DNA of 64,000 nucleotides from an uncultured Nitrososphaeraceae archaeon (GTDB lineage: Archaea; Thermoproteota; Nitrososphaeria; Nitrososphaerales; Nitrososphaeraceae): the NCBI GenBank assembly GCA_963779615.1, contig CAVZZA010000005.1, positions 160,001 through 224,000 on the forward strand, written 5' to 3'. Below, piece after piece: positions 43,856-54,442 of this stretch. The notes beneath the pieces were generated by a model, which saw only the letters and a list, made by a program, of their open reading frames with translations, made no database searches and was not told where the DNA came from. Made by a program: the position numbers and the translations under genes. How positions within the stretch are numbered: the first letter of the stretch is position 1; every line of letters begins with the position of its first letter.

Positions 43856-44785
43856 TTGTATGTTAATTTGTTTAATGTGAATGTTTTAAATTTAAAGTCA
43901 TTTCAGGGAAGTAATCTAAGTAAAATTCTTTCTTTTTGCGGCCTTATCGTGTTTTCGATGGCAGTCAGTTTGTTTTATGGGTGGGTTGGAGGCAGCTACA
44001 GCAGCAACGATAACAATGTTGACTATGCATTTGCCGCAGCCGCAACAGTAGGCGAAAACGGACAAAACCAACAACAACAAACACAACAACTCCAGCCAAG
44101 CATAAACGCCCAATCCATTTTCGAAACAAAGACCGCCGTGCTTGGAAACAACGTAAAAAACCTTATTGTTTTGATTCCAGACGAGGCCCACCACGGCAAC
44201 GGAGAGGCCAAAGAGGCCCGGTTCATTGAGCAATCATTCCTGCCCCAGAAGGCCATCGTAAACAAGGGAACAAACGTCATATGGTTTAGTGGTGACGTAA
44301 GTCATGACCACAAAATCATACTAAACGACAAATTAAACTCCTTCAGTCCAAGCCCATATGACAGTGGAGTTCTTACGGAATTCACCCCATCAAATCCTGT
44401 CGTCTTTAACGCAGCGGGCAGTTATGAATACAGCAGTCCGGAGATAGACCAGGAAGCCGAACAGAAGGGGTTTGTCATGAGAGGGGACATTGTCGTTACG
44501 GACCAGCCAAACAAATTATTGGGTTCAAATATGAACAATGCCAATAACGCAGACACGGTGGGAATCTACATGGTCCCCACAAAAAAGGCTGATGAATACG
44601 TTTCGCAGTTCAAAAACAAGGGATTTTCGATAGACAGCACGTACTCCTTCAAGGATGTTCGCGGTTTGGCAAGGGGAACCGGCTCAGAGCAAACACTGGT
44701 GGTGTGGACTGCTGGCCCAAACATGGGTGTGGACAGTGTGGTTGCAGCACTAAAAGAGATAGCGCCAACATTGCCATACAAGTGA
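43856..44785 (+). CDS. Secreted cupredoxin-fold protein associated with the multicopper oxidase
   Basis: N-terminal TM and LIPDEAHH…FLPQKAIVNKGTNVIWFSGDVSHDH…FNAAGSYEY…MRGDIVV. No type-1 Cys is present. Start uncertain. Confidence 0.7.
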   Translation: MYVNLFNVNVLNLKSFQGSNLSKILSFCGLIVFSMAVSLFYGWVGGSYSSNDNNVDYAFAAAATVGENGQNQQQQTQQLQPSINAQSIFETKTAVLGNNVKNLIVLIPDEAHHGNGEAKEARFIEQSFLPQKAIVNKGTNVIWFSGDVSHDHKIILNDKLNSFSPSPYDSGVLTEFTPSNPVVFNAAGSYEYSSPEIDQEAEQKGFVMRGDIVVTDQPNKLLGSNMNNANNADTVGIYMVPTKKADEYVSQFKNKGFSIDSTYSFKDVRGLARGTGSEQTLVVWTAGPNMGVDSVVAALKEIAPTLPYK

Positions 44786-44804
44786 TGCCTTTGCTGTAGT
44801 AGGC

Positions 44805-46139
44805 GTGCGCAGTATGCCCAAGTGTTTTTGCCCCCTGAGAGTCCTTTTGGGGGTTCTGATGGTTTTCAGTCTGCCTTTAGTGTCACCATTACCATACAAA
44901 ACAACGGTGATGGGCACAAATGCCGAGGGGGCACCACCACAACCTGCAACCGGGGCACAAGGGTCGGGTCTGTCCAGCCTTAACCAGTCTGCCGGTAGTG
45001 ATGATGGTGACAAAACTGAAAATTACGGCAATGGCTCCCCTTCTGAACCATCGTCCTTCAACGCCTCCTTTCCTCAATCCCCCTATTCCCCCGACTTTTC
45101 CGTTTTCGACAATGCCAGCAGGCACTATGACAACCCCAACGCTAAGCCAATCTCCGTTTGGGACTATGACAAACTGAAAAACTGCAGTGTAGACACAGGC
45201 AAAAGCCCATCGTCTCTGGAATACCTTACCTACTTTAACTGTGGCCGCGTAAAGGTTGACTTGTTGCCCGAGGGCAAACAGCAGGTGACAAGGGAGTTTA
45301 CCCTGGTAGCCAAGGAAAACCAGTCCATACCCATTGCATACAATGGCCTAAAGTTTGAAAATGCCTGGACGTTTAACGGCACGATTCCAGGCCCAACCAT
45401 GAGGGCTACCCAAGGTGATTTGGTGAAGATAACCGTTGTGAACAGCATGGGTAACAACCATTCCCACTCACTGCATTTGCACTCGATACACTCTGGGGAT
45501 ATTGATGGGATTGATGGGGAAGCAGGCGCAATAGCACCGGGCCACAACTTCACCTACACATTTGTCGCCCAACCCTATGGCGTCTATCCATACCACTGCC
45601 ATGTCACACCAATCGAACAGCACATCAACAAGGGTCTCTATGGTGTCTTCATGATTGACCCCCCGGTTCCAAGGCCCCAGATGAGGGAGATGGTTATGCT
45701 GATGAACGGCTATGACTTGGACTATGAAAAGGAGGGGGTGGGCCCAAGCAGGATTCCAACCCCAGAGGAGGTAGCGGATGACTTTATGCCGCAGGCCTTT
45801 GAGCATGTCAACGAGGTTTACACGGCAAACGGAAAGGCGTTTGACTACATGAACCATCCAATACTTCTGCAGAAGGGTGTCCCCTACCGAGTCTATGTTG
45901 TCAACATGCTGGAATTTGACCCGGTGAACAACTTTCATCTGCACGGAAATGTGTTCAAGTATTACCCAAGCGGCACATCCGAAACACCGGCATTTGTAAG
46001 CGACATCATTGCGCTGACCCAGGGTGATAGGGGAATAGTGGAGTTTAAGTTTGACCTTCCCGGCAAATACATGTTCCATTCCCACATAAACGAGTTGTCG
46101 GATTTGGGATGGATGGGATTTTTTGAGGTAAGGGGATAG
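44805..46139 (+). CDS. Two-domain multicopper oxidase
   Basis: WTFNGTIPGPTMR, HSLHLH, YPYHCHxxxxxxHINKGL, NFHLHG and YMFHSH…GWMGFFEV. Confidence 0.92.
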   Translation: MRSMPKCFCPLRVLLGVLMVFSLPLVSPLPYKTTVMGTNAEGAPPQPATGAQGSGLSSLNQSAGSDDGDKTENYGNGSPSEPSSFNASFPQSPYSPDFSVFDNASRHYDNPNAKPISVWDYDKLKNCSVDTGKSPSSLEYLTYFNCGRVKVDLLPEGKQQVTREFTLVAKENQSIPIAYNGLKFENAWTFNGTIPGPTMRATQGDLVKITVVNSMGNNHSHSLHLHSIHSGDIDGIDGEAGAIAPGHNFTYTFVAQPYGVYPYHCHVTPIEQHINKGLYGVFMIDPPVPRPQMREMVMLMNGYDLDYEKEGVGPSRIPTPEEVADDFMPQAFEHVNEVYTANGKAFDYMNHPILLQKGVPYRVYVVNMLEFDPVNNFHLHGNVFKYYPSGTSETPAFVSDIIALTQGDRGIVEFKFDLPGKYMFHSHINELSDLGWMGFFEVRG

Positions 46140-46403
46140 CAACCAAATGTTTTGCCTACATGCGCATCTTTTACCTTGCCTCACTAACCAAGTTTTTTTA
46201 CCAATTGTTTTAGGAGGTTATCCGGAAAACCTATTATGCATAAAGGGAGTTGACTGGTCGTCACCATTAACTCGGAGTAGCCAAAGCCAAAGAAAAATAG
46301 CGAATACAGAAATTCTTCATACTGTACTATCAAACATTAAAAATTGATAAAACAGGATAAAACCATTTATTTTGATGACCATTTTGTCATCCATTTGTAA
46401 GCG

Positions 46404-47003
46404 ATGGCAGATATTCCGGGTCTGATGGCAATAGGCATCTCAGGATTTGCCGCTACTAATATTGATGATATTTTTGTGCTTATGATGTTCTTTTCATATT
46501 CTTCCATGACTTTTCCAGTAAAGCAAATAGTGGCGGGTCAGTACATAGGGATAGGTCTGCTTGTAGCTATTAGTGCATTGGGTTTTTTTTTCTCACTGGC
46601 TGTTCCGTCATATATTATAGGGCTATTGGGCATAGTGCCGATAGCAATAGGCGTTAGGAAGCTTGTCGCGTTAAGAAAGAAAAGCGAACCCCATTCAAAC
46701 CAGGCCTCACAGCATAAGAAAAAAAATGTGGCTTTTGCAGCTGTCGCTTCTGTGACCTTTTCAAATGGAGGTGACAATATTGGGGTTTATACTCCGCTGT
46801 TTGCAAAATATGATTCTCCAGGAGAAATTACTGTGCTTGTAGCAGTTTTTATGGCAATGACTGCTCTATGGTGCATTGTAGCATATTACCTCGTTAACCA
46901 TCCTCTGGTTGCATCAATGCTTCGTCATATTGGACACAAAATTTTGCCTTTTATCCTCATTGGTCTTGGAGTATACATCCTGACTGAATCTTTTGCTTTT
47001 TAA
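46404..47003 (+). CDS. Cadmium resistance transporter (CadD family)
   Basis: FAATNIDDIFVL, IVAGQYIG, VTFSNGGDNIGVYTPLF and PFILIGLGVYIL. Confidence 0.92.
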   Translation: MADIPGLMAIGISGFAATNIDDIFVLMMFFSYSSMTFPVKQIVAGQYIGIGLLVAISALGFFFSLAVPSYIIGLLGIVPIAIGVRKLVALRKKSEPHSNQASQHKKKNVAFAAVASVTFSNGGDNIGVYTPLFAKYDSPGEITVLVAVFMAMTALWCIVAYYLVNHPLVASMLRHIGHKILPFILIGLGVYILTESFAF

Positions 47004-47344
47004 TGTCCGTCATAGTTACGGCTAATACTCTAAACTATAAAGCTTCTACATTGTACTGTGTATGTAGAAGTAATGAATGTTCACTGTGCTTTGGTGTAAG
47101 CTAAATTGCCGCAAATATTTACCATGCCAACCATCATTAAAAAAGAGACACTTACCAATCAGGTTTTCAACTATTTCCTTTTCTCTGGGTTTGTTTTTCA
47201 TCAAGAACAATACAAAAAACTACATATGTATCAATAAAAAATGCAGTAACAGGGATAGCGGCCAAGAAAAGGCTGTAACATGGATAGAAAAACTCATCTC
47301 TTTATAAGCCAACTAGATAGCAATATCGGTTGTTGTCGGCATTA

Positions 47345-47440
47345 TCCGCAAAAGACAAAGAAAATCTGGTTATAGACTTGCTGAACAAAGGTCATAAGAC
47401 AAGGTGGATTTCAAAGCTGGCACATGTTTCGAATACCTGT
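47345..47440 (+). pseudogene. N-terminal HTH fragment
   Basis: LSAKDKENLVIDLLNKGHKTRWISKLAHVSNT is a sigma/LuxR-like HTH pattern with no complete ORF. Confidence 0.4.
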
Positions 47441-47549
47441 ATAGTAGCTTGAATGCAAGGGATATTACAAGTGTATCTATATATACAGTCCATCTTGGGA
47501 ATCTTTTGTACTGTTAAGTTGAGAATTAGAAGTCTATACCGTAATTTTA

Positions 47550-48449
47550 GTGATATTCAGCGTGGCTTGCATAGGCGTGGTGACTATTTCCCATTCTAAT
47601 CATATTAATGCTCTTGATAACAAGAATAATAATACTGGCAATGGTAATGGCAATAGCACCATCTTTGCTGCAACAACTAACGCTACTGATAGCCTGATCA
47701 CAAACATCCTGGCAAAGAATCTTGAAGATCATCTTAAAAAAGCGGGAGCCATCTTAGAAATAACAAGCAAACTACCTCAAGTGAGAAACGTATCTTATGC
47801 CCATTTACTCAATCAAACATTAAACACATTACATGGAATACCTGAACATGCAGATACAGAAAAAAGACAGGTGGCTAAGGACATAGTAGCAAGTAATAGT
47901 GACTTGCGTGAAGTTTTCTTTATCATGCCAAATGGAGACGCCTATTTATTTGAACCTTACTCTACACAGCAGAATCTTACCACAAACAATTTTGCATTTA
48001 GGGACTATTTTCAAGGGGCAATTAAAACAAACGATGCTTATTTAGGAAATGTGATAAACACTAAGACCGCCTCTAGTTTTAGAGGAGGCGCGATAGCTAT
48101 TCCTGTGTATTCCTCTTCTCAACATAACTCCAGTATTTCCGGAGTATGGGTTGGTGGTATTGATTTTAAGGTCTTTGACAAAGACCTTCAGTCGCTAAAC
48201 CTACCACCAGGCGAAAGAGTTGTTTATGCAGGCTACAAAGGACAGAAAGTAGCAGATTCTGATATAAATAAAAGCAAAACTGCAGAATCTTTTGCCACTC
48301 TCAATAGTTTTAAGAATGCGTTAAATGGAAAGTCAGGCTCAACAATAGACACCATAGATAACACAAAGATGCTAGTAACATATCACCCAGTGATGGTATT
48401 TCATAACACTTGGACTGTTCTTTTGATGCAAACAATACCGCCACAATAA
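47550..48449 (+). CDS. Stand-alone secreted Cache-domain protein
   Basis: N-terminal hydrophobic segment, FFIMPNGDAY…NFAFRDYFQGAI…AIAIPVY…GVWVGGID and a C-terminal WTVLLMQ with no output domain. Confidence 0.8.
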   Translation: MIFSVACIGVVTISHSNHINALDNKNNNTGNGNGNSTIFAATTNATDSLITNILAKNLEDHLKKAGAILEITSKLPQVRNVSYAHLLNQTLNTLHGIPEHADTEKRQVAKDIVASNSDLREVFFIMPNGDAYLFEPYSTQQNLTTNNFAFRDYFQGAIKTNDAYLGNVINTKTASSFRGGAIAIPVYSSSQHNSSISGVWVGGIDFKVFDKDLQSLNLPPGERVVYAGYKGQKVADSDINKSKTAESFATLNSFKNALNGKSGSTIDTIDNTKMLVTYHPVMVFHNTWTVLLMQTIPPQ

Positions 48450-48799
48450 CAATCAACTATCACAAGCCTTATAATAAGAACGACCTATTTGCCACTGTTC
48501 TCCTACTAGTGTAGTTAAATGTAAAGCAACAAGATAGGACGCTGTAACATAAGCATCACAGTATTTGATTACATACTTATCATACGACTACTTTGATGAA
48601 AAAATTTTTAAACTCCAAAAACTTGTGGAGCACTATTATCTCAAGCAAAACTATTCACAATGAAATATCAAGTTTAACCGTAGTGGAAGGTATGACATGT
48701 TTGCTCTTCACACCTACTACAAATCAAAGAAAAAACAGTAACAGCTGTTATGGATAACAGTTTCAAGTAGCCTCAGCTGACATCACTTGTCCTACTGCA

Positions 48800-49127
48800 A
48801 CATCCAAGACAATAAAGCACCAACATCCATGCCCTGACACGGCATAAAACTCTAAAGCGGCGGAACAGGTAATCATCAAACGGGGATATGAACTTCATAT
48901 CCCACCCAAAAGAAGGAGGGTGGGAGAGAAGGCAAAGGACAAAGAGAAGACGTTCCAAAGAGGGCATCCTTCAAGAAGGGCGATGTGGTGGAGAGAACAA
49001 ACTCTTGGCACAAAAGGTTCAGAATTCTGTCCACACAGTATGAAAAGAAAGCAGACAACTATCTGGGGTTGGTGCAGTCTGTCATGCAGTATCATCATCT
49101 GCAGAAAGATAATTTTGGGATAGGCTC
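48800..49127 (+). mobile_element. IS5-family (IS1031-like) 3' remnant
   Basis: Degenerate QHxCxDxAxNSK…IIKRGY…VVERTNSWHKRF…YEKKADNYLGLVQ. Ends CAGAAAGATAATTTTGGGATAGGCTC followed by TAA, the same end as the element at 20752. Confidence 0.8.
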
Positions 49128-49134
49128 TAAATCA

Positions 49135-49801
49135 GGCTCTGTTCACTTAATGATAAATCTATAGCTAGAAGATGCTCTATCTCCTTTATGTGCAATAAAA
49201 GAAACAGAACGCCTTCAGAGTATATTGGGTATGGTTTATATTTTTATTTTTCAGGCCTGTCATTGAGAAGAACATCCGAAAGGCTATCGCATTTTATCAA
49301 AAGGAATCATGTCTCTATTTGGAACTGGATACAAAAATACAATCCTCGGAAAATATCATCAAAGAAAAAAAGGTTGATGAATTTATTGTTGATGAAGCCC
49401 TGATTAAAGTTGGCTCGGAATTTATCTGGCTTTGGGTTGCTATTGAACCAAACGATAAAGAAATCCTTGCGATAAGCATATCAAAAGAGCGAAATATGTT
49501 TGTGGCAGAGCGTTTTCTATCATCTGTAGTAAAAGAGTATGGAGAACATCCAGTTTCGACAGACGGCGGTACTTGGTATCCACAAGCATGCAGGTTCCTG
49601 AAACTACAGCATCATTTGCATTCCTCTTACGAGAAAAGTATCATTGAGAGAACTATGCAGTATATCAAGGACAGAACTGAAAGCTTTGATGACTACTCCA
49701 TGCAGAAAAAAGAATTGCAAACTAAAACATGTTATAAATTGGTTGAATCTTTTTGTAGATTACCATAATAGAGAAATGGAAATTGTTAAGTGAACAGAGC
49801 C
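49135..49801 (+). mobile_element. IS6-family element (667 bp) with frameshifted transposase and 8-bp target duplication
   Basis: IRs GGCTCTGTTCACTTAA / TTAAGTGAACAGAGCC with flanking CTAAATCA on both sides. DDE motifs VDE, TDGG and IER. Confidence 0.93.
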
Positions 49802-49881
49802 CTAAATCATATTGACAGTATTCAAATACTATATGTAATATATTAACAATATTATGTTTCTATAATTTTATGTTTCTATAA

Positions 49882-50498
49882 TTGACAATGAAGGATGACG
49901 ATGATGATGATAACAATACCAGGAGGCATTCAAATCCGGTTACTGTAATCGTTAAACGTATTGCCAAAAAAGATAAAACCAAAGACTTTGAAGAATGGCT
50001 TTCAGGAATTTCCAAAGAATTCTCTAGGCAAGACGGAAGTATGGGTATTGATATAACCAGACCTACTGACAGGAATAAAACTAAATCTGAATATGTCATA
50101 ATATTTAGGTTTAACACATATGAGGATATTGAGAAATGGGAAAAATCAGTCATACGAAATGAGTGGTTACAAAAAAGTTGAGAATTAGCAGAAGCCAATT
50201 ATGATGTGCAAAAACTGTCAGGGCTAGAGTTTTGGTTTACTCCATATCTTAAAGATGAGTCTTCACCCATTGTTCCTCTAACCCTCTCCCATGGCACAAA
50301 ATGGTAATTGTTACTATTCCAGTTATTTCTGTTCTGCTCCTAATTTTGGTTCCTCAAATTCATGTTTTGACAGAAATGTTGTCAATTCCTTATGCGATAA
50401 GACTTGTTATCGCTATTACGATAATAGTTCTGCTAATGACTTATGTGATAATGCCTCTTCTAACAAAATTATTAAGATCTTGGTTATACAAGTCCTGA
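49882..50498 (+). pseudogene. Antibiotic-biosynthesis-monooxygenase-like membrane protein (COG3224-type) pseudogene
   Basis: PVTVIVKR…FEEW…YVIIFRF…WEKS, internal TGA at 50179, then SGLEFWF, a frameshift near 50290 and LMTYVIMPLLTKLLRSWL. Confidence 0.8.
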
Positions 50499-50950
50499 CA
50501 AAAATTAGGCATTTAGGACAGACAATTAGAACTTGATGCTAATGCTAATCCCTAGTATGGATTTTTTGTTGGTCCTATTGATTTCAAAACTGATTAAAGT
50601 GAAATATCATTTTGTTTCAAGTTGTGAAGGGACTTAACCTTTGTCTTTCAGAAGGCCATATTTGTCCATACATTGCAGATGCTTATCTCTTAAATGCTGT
50701 TCTCTTCTGTCTGTTTTTTACCAAATGTATCAAAAAATCTAATGGTTTGAACCTCATTAAAGTCAAATTTAATGCGCACCTGGAGGTTTGAGTTTGGCAG
50801 GCAAAAGGGTTCAACAGCTATTTTGGGATTAACATAGCAAATAATTTTTTTCTATGTCATATGTAATGTTTTGATTGCGCATATGTAGTATGAGTTAAAA
50901 GCAGCATACTGTTTAAAAAATAAAAACAATAATCACAAATATAATGGCAT

Positions 50951-51118
50951 ATGACTTCAGCAGACAACAAAACATCTGAAGAAGATGATAAACCTGAAAT
51001 CAGCAAAATTGTATATGAAGACAAGGGCACGTGGACTGTAGAGCAAGAAGGCAGATGGATAGGACAAATCAGAGGAGTAGGCGCATCTCCAAGCGGGACT
51101 GAAAAAGACTTAATTTAA
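50951..51118 (+). CDS. Small hypothetical ORF (55 aa), possibly truncated
   Basis: ATG ORF MTSADNK…YEDKGTW…WIGQIRGVG; its stop abuts the next gene. Confidence 0.35.
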   Translation: MTSADNKTSEEDDKPEISKIVYEDKGTWTVEQEGRWIGQIRGVGASPSGTEKDLI

Positions 51119-52095
51119 TGCGGATTACATTATTGATAATGGACAGTAAATCAAATCCTTCAAAGTTTTGCAACAAAGGGAGAATGGTATTTATGTCATA
51201 TTTTACAACAGGATTGCTATTATTATTCACTTTGACAGTTATTGTTAACTATGCAAATGCTCAGGATGAAAATGTTAATATTAACACAACAAAATTAACC
51301 AACAATACATATATGCTTAAAGGCTCAGGAGGAAACATTGTTGTTTCTGTTGGACAGGATGGTGTTATTATGGTCGATGATCAATTTGCACCTCTTACCG
51401 AAAAAATTAAAGAGGCGATTTTGAACATAACAAATCAGCCTGTTAAATTTGTAATCAATACTCATTGGCATTCTGACCACACAGGGGGAAACGAAAATTT
51501 TGGTGAATTAGGCTCAATAATAGTATCTCATGATAATGTGAAAAAACGTCTTAGTTCACAGCAATTCTCAGAGTTCTTTAACCGAACGGTTCAACCATTG
51601 CCAGAAAAGGGTTTACCAATTATTACTTTCTCAGATAACATGACTATCTTTCAGAACGGTGATGAGATAAAGGTAATTCATGTAGATAACGGTCACACCG
51701 ATGGAGATTCCATTGTGTTCTTTACAAAGAATAATGTAATCCACGTTGGAGATGACTTTACTGACAAATCATATCCATTCATTGACATATCAAGCGGAGG
51801 TAGTATAGATGGGTTGATTTCATCATTACAGACAATATCATCAACAATTGATGATGAAACCAAGGTAGTATCTGGCCATACAGAAATATCCAATAAAACA
51901 AAAGTTAATGATCTCACAAACATGCTAAAAGATGTACGCCAGAATGTTAGCCAAATGATAGAGGATGGAAAATCTTTGGAAGAAATAATTGCTTCACACC
52001 CAACGTCAAATTACGATGAAACCTATTATGACCATAGCACAATAAAACCAGAAGACTTTGTAACATTCATTTATCAAAGCCTCACCAAGAAATAG
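51118..52095 (+). CDS. Secreted MBL-fold metallo-hydrolase (cyclase-like)
   Basis: THWHSDHTGGN, GHTDGD, HVGD and SGH motifs with a signal/TM segment. Start uncertain. Confidence 0.9.
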   Translation: MRITLLIMDSKSNPSKFCNKGRMVFMSYFTTGLLLLFTLTVIVNYANAQDENVNINTTKLTNNTYMLKGSGGNIVVSVGQDGVIMVDDQFAPLTEKIKEAILNITNQPVKFVINTHWHSDHTGGNENFGELGSIIVSHDNVKKRLSSQQFSEFFNRTVQPLPEKGLPIITFSDNMTIFQNGDEIKVIHVDNGHTDGDSIVFFTKNNVIHVGDDFTDKSYPFIDISSGGSIDGLISSLQTISSTIDDETKVVSGHTEISNKTKVNDLTNMLKDVRQNVSQMIEDGKSLEEIIASHPTSNYDETYYDHSTIKPEDFVTFIYQSLTKK

Positions 52096-52159
52096 ATATG
52101 CATCCAGTGATTTAATAAAATATTTCATTTCGTTTTGTTCAAATCAATAGAAAAAGTGA

Positions 52160-52475
52160 AATTGATTTGGCAACAGACCAGGTTTTGAAATTCCATTCCG
52201 ACTACCTAATACTGCAAAACATGGAAAAGGCCTGACGTGTCTTGATGGAAAACAGGAAGAACCTGGGTGCGTATTTGGGTTTACTTGAATTCGTGAATGG
52301 AAACAAAATTAAGGTGAAGGACTTGAACCATGCTGTTGGTCTGGCAAAGAACATGCATAATCTAGAGCAAGAGAAAGCGCAATTAGAGTTCGATATATAC
52401 ATGCTGATGGATACAAAAAAGTGGTATGAGAAGGAACTAGACATACTAAAAAGCAAGTATTACAAAATCCGATAA
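52160..52475 (+). pseudogene. C-terminal fragment of a coiled-coil protein
   Basis: EIDLATDQVLKFHSDYLILQNMEK (interrupted) runs into ORF 52242..52475. A similar fragment lies at 59130-59308. Confidence 0.4.
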
Positions 52476-52594
52476 GTGCATTCATATGTCATATTCAAAA
52501 ACGTCTGAATGCATAAGCGTGCGACTATCTGGATCGGATAATTTTCATCATTAACTTTGTCAGCTTTTTGTAATTCCATATTTTTATTTCCTAT

Positions 52595-52811
52595 GTCCTC
52601 CTAAAGAGTATGTCAAAAATGTCTCCGATGTGTCCGGTCTCCAGACCTTAGATTTTAAGCACTAAACCCTCGTCTATGCCCGGAGACAACTTTTAAAACC
52701 GGAGACAAATTAACCAGAAGAGAAAGTTATGTCCGGGTTCTCTGCGCATATTTGTGCCTATCCGGAGATAATGGAGACATTGGAGATAAACTTCCCATTT
52801 TGTTATGGATG
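52595..52811. repeat. GGAGAYA-motif palindromic dispersed element, copy 1
   Basis: Left TGTCTCC/TGTGTCC/TCTCC array, central CCGGAGACAACTTTTAAAACCGGAGACAA and right GGAGATA-AT-GGAGACA-TT-GGAGATA array. Confidence 0.88.
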
Positions 52812-52881
52812 TTAGCAGAATAGATACTAGAAAGTTTATCAAATAATTTATCTATTAGAACTATATTATTATTGGATATAA

Positions 52882-52968
52882 TTGGCATTTAAATGTAAAA
52901 AGTGCAATCTGGAGTTTGAAGAAAAAAAGCGTTTAGAGATCCATAAAAAAGTGCACAATCGCAAATAA
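52882..52968 (+). CDS. Micro C2H2 zinc-finger peptide (28 aa)
   Basis: MAFKCKKCNLEFEEKKRLEIHKKVHNRK from a TTG start matches the C2H2 consensus. Confidence 0.55.
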   Translation: MAFKCKKCNLEFEEKKRLEIHKKVHNRK

Positions 52969-53304
52969 AATATGTAATAATAACAGTCCGGTATTCAATG
53001 GCAAATGTTTTGGACTTTGGGGCATTCTTTGCAGTAATAAAACAGTTCCTTGCATCCCATCCTTTGCTCTGATTTTAGATTGCTTCTATGCCCGTATTGT
53101 TCAGGTCATCCTCATTTTCTGTCATATTTTTTTGTAAATTACCTTAATTATTTTTTCTAGATGAATGTCCTTGATTTTAATATCTTATCATTTATAGTGG
53201 TTTTAAAAAATTGGGTTCTGTGGATTCTCGGGGTGTTGAAAATGGGGGATTATTTTTGGGTTGTGAAATTGGAGTTTATAGATAGCCATACCTAAATACA
53301 CTTA

Positions 53305-53805
53305 ATGCCATCATCAACTCCTGAAATCATCTTAGAAGATATTAAGGATTGGATAAACGATTTAGGCAAACTATCTGTTACTCCACATAACAACCCAAAG
53401 TCTCATTTTAGTATTTGGGTATCTCTACCTGATTCTAATAAGATTCAGCCAATTATGGTCACATATCCAAAAAATAATGGAAAGATACTTTTTGGATGGC
53501 ACTGGTTGATGGAAGATATGGATTCAAAGGCATATCATGCAATAATGGATATAACTAAAAAACTGCATCTTACAAAGTCTTTTAGGAATGAATCCATGAG
53601 GAGAAAATTTATCATTCAGTTTGAGCCAGACATTTATAATCTATCGGGAATTGCCATTTTTAAATTTATGCCAATATATGAACTCACAAAAGAAAGTTTT
53701 AGTGGGATAATGTTGGATTTGATGTATATGTGGGGATATTTGATGTCCTTATTTGAAAAAAATGATATGTGTAAAGCAGGTTTCAATCCTTCTGACCATA
53801 TCTAA
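53305..53805 (+). CDS. Hypothetical protein (possibly DUF2299-like)
   Basis: 166-aa ATG ORF with TATA-like TTTATAGA about 28 bp upstream. Family call is tentative. Confidence 0.6.
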   Translation: MPSSTPEIILEDIKDWINDLGKLSVTPHNNPKSHFSIWVSLPDSNKIQPIMVTYPKNNGKILFGWHWLMEDMDSKAYHAIMDITKKLHLTKSFRNESMRRKFIIQFEPDIYNLSGIAIFKFMPIYELTKESFSGIMLDLMYMWGYLMSLFEKNDMCKAGFNPSDHI

Positions 53806-53942
53806 CTACTATTCCTGTGGCGAATTCATTTCTCATGGGCGGAATATAATCATCAATAACTATGTTTATGTGTTTGATTTGAGTAACAGTTTATAATGTT
53901 TTCAAATTAATATTATAATGCTACCTTTGTTAGTTTCATAAA

Positions 53943-54158
53943 GTCCTCCCAGAGCATAACAAAAATGTGTCCGGCGCGTCCGGTGACTCCGGCGCCCAAA
54001 TTCTAAGCGTTAAATCCTAGTTGTTATCCGGAGACAACTTTTAAAACCGGAGACAAGTTGTTTAGGAGAGAAGCTATGTCCGGATTTTCTATGCGCAGTT
54101 GTGCCAATCCGGAGATAATGGAGACATTGGAGATAAATTTCCCATTTTGTTATGGATG
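53943..54158. repeat. GGAGAYA-motif palindromic dispersed element, copy 2
   Basis: Shares the 29-bp core exactly and a ~52-bp right arm (1 mismatch) with copy 1. Has outer IR CATAACAAAA…TTTTGTTATG. Confidence 0.88.
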
Positions 54159-54442
54159 CCATTATGATGGTTTTATTTTTTTATTCTTGTCTGTTGGAAT
54201 AGCCAACCTGAATATGTACAGTATATGGGATTAACATTGATTATGGTAATTATATAACCCAAATTCAATCAGTCCCCGGCATACCGTCAGGAACTTAATC
54301 CCACCGAACCATACACATCATTTAGAAATATTTATAGTGGATAATGGCTATTGTATGCTCGCACCCCCTTTCCAGAGTGTCATGGCAATATCATCGGACT
54401 GCAAACACAGATAGCAGTATGGCGATTATGCCTTAAGCCCCG

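Noticed and set aside
44805-46139. Calling the copper protein nirK
   Set aside because: Four HxH pairs indicate a trinuclear-centre two-domain oxidase, not the nitrite reductase type-2 site.
45468-46184. 238-aa minus-strand ORF
   Set aside because: Antisense shadow of the GC-richer multicopper oxidase gene.
52178-52206. GGTTTTGAAATTCCATTCCGACTACC looked like a tRNA T-arm/3' end
   Set aside because: The stem does not pair, and it is better explained as coding remnant DQVLKFHSDYL.
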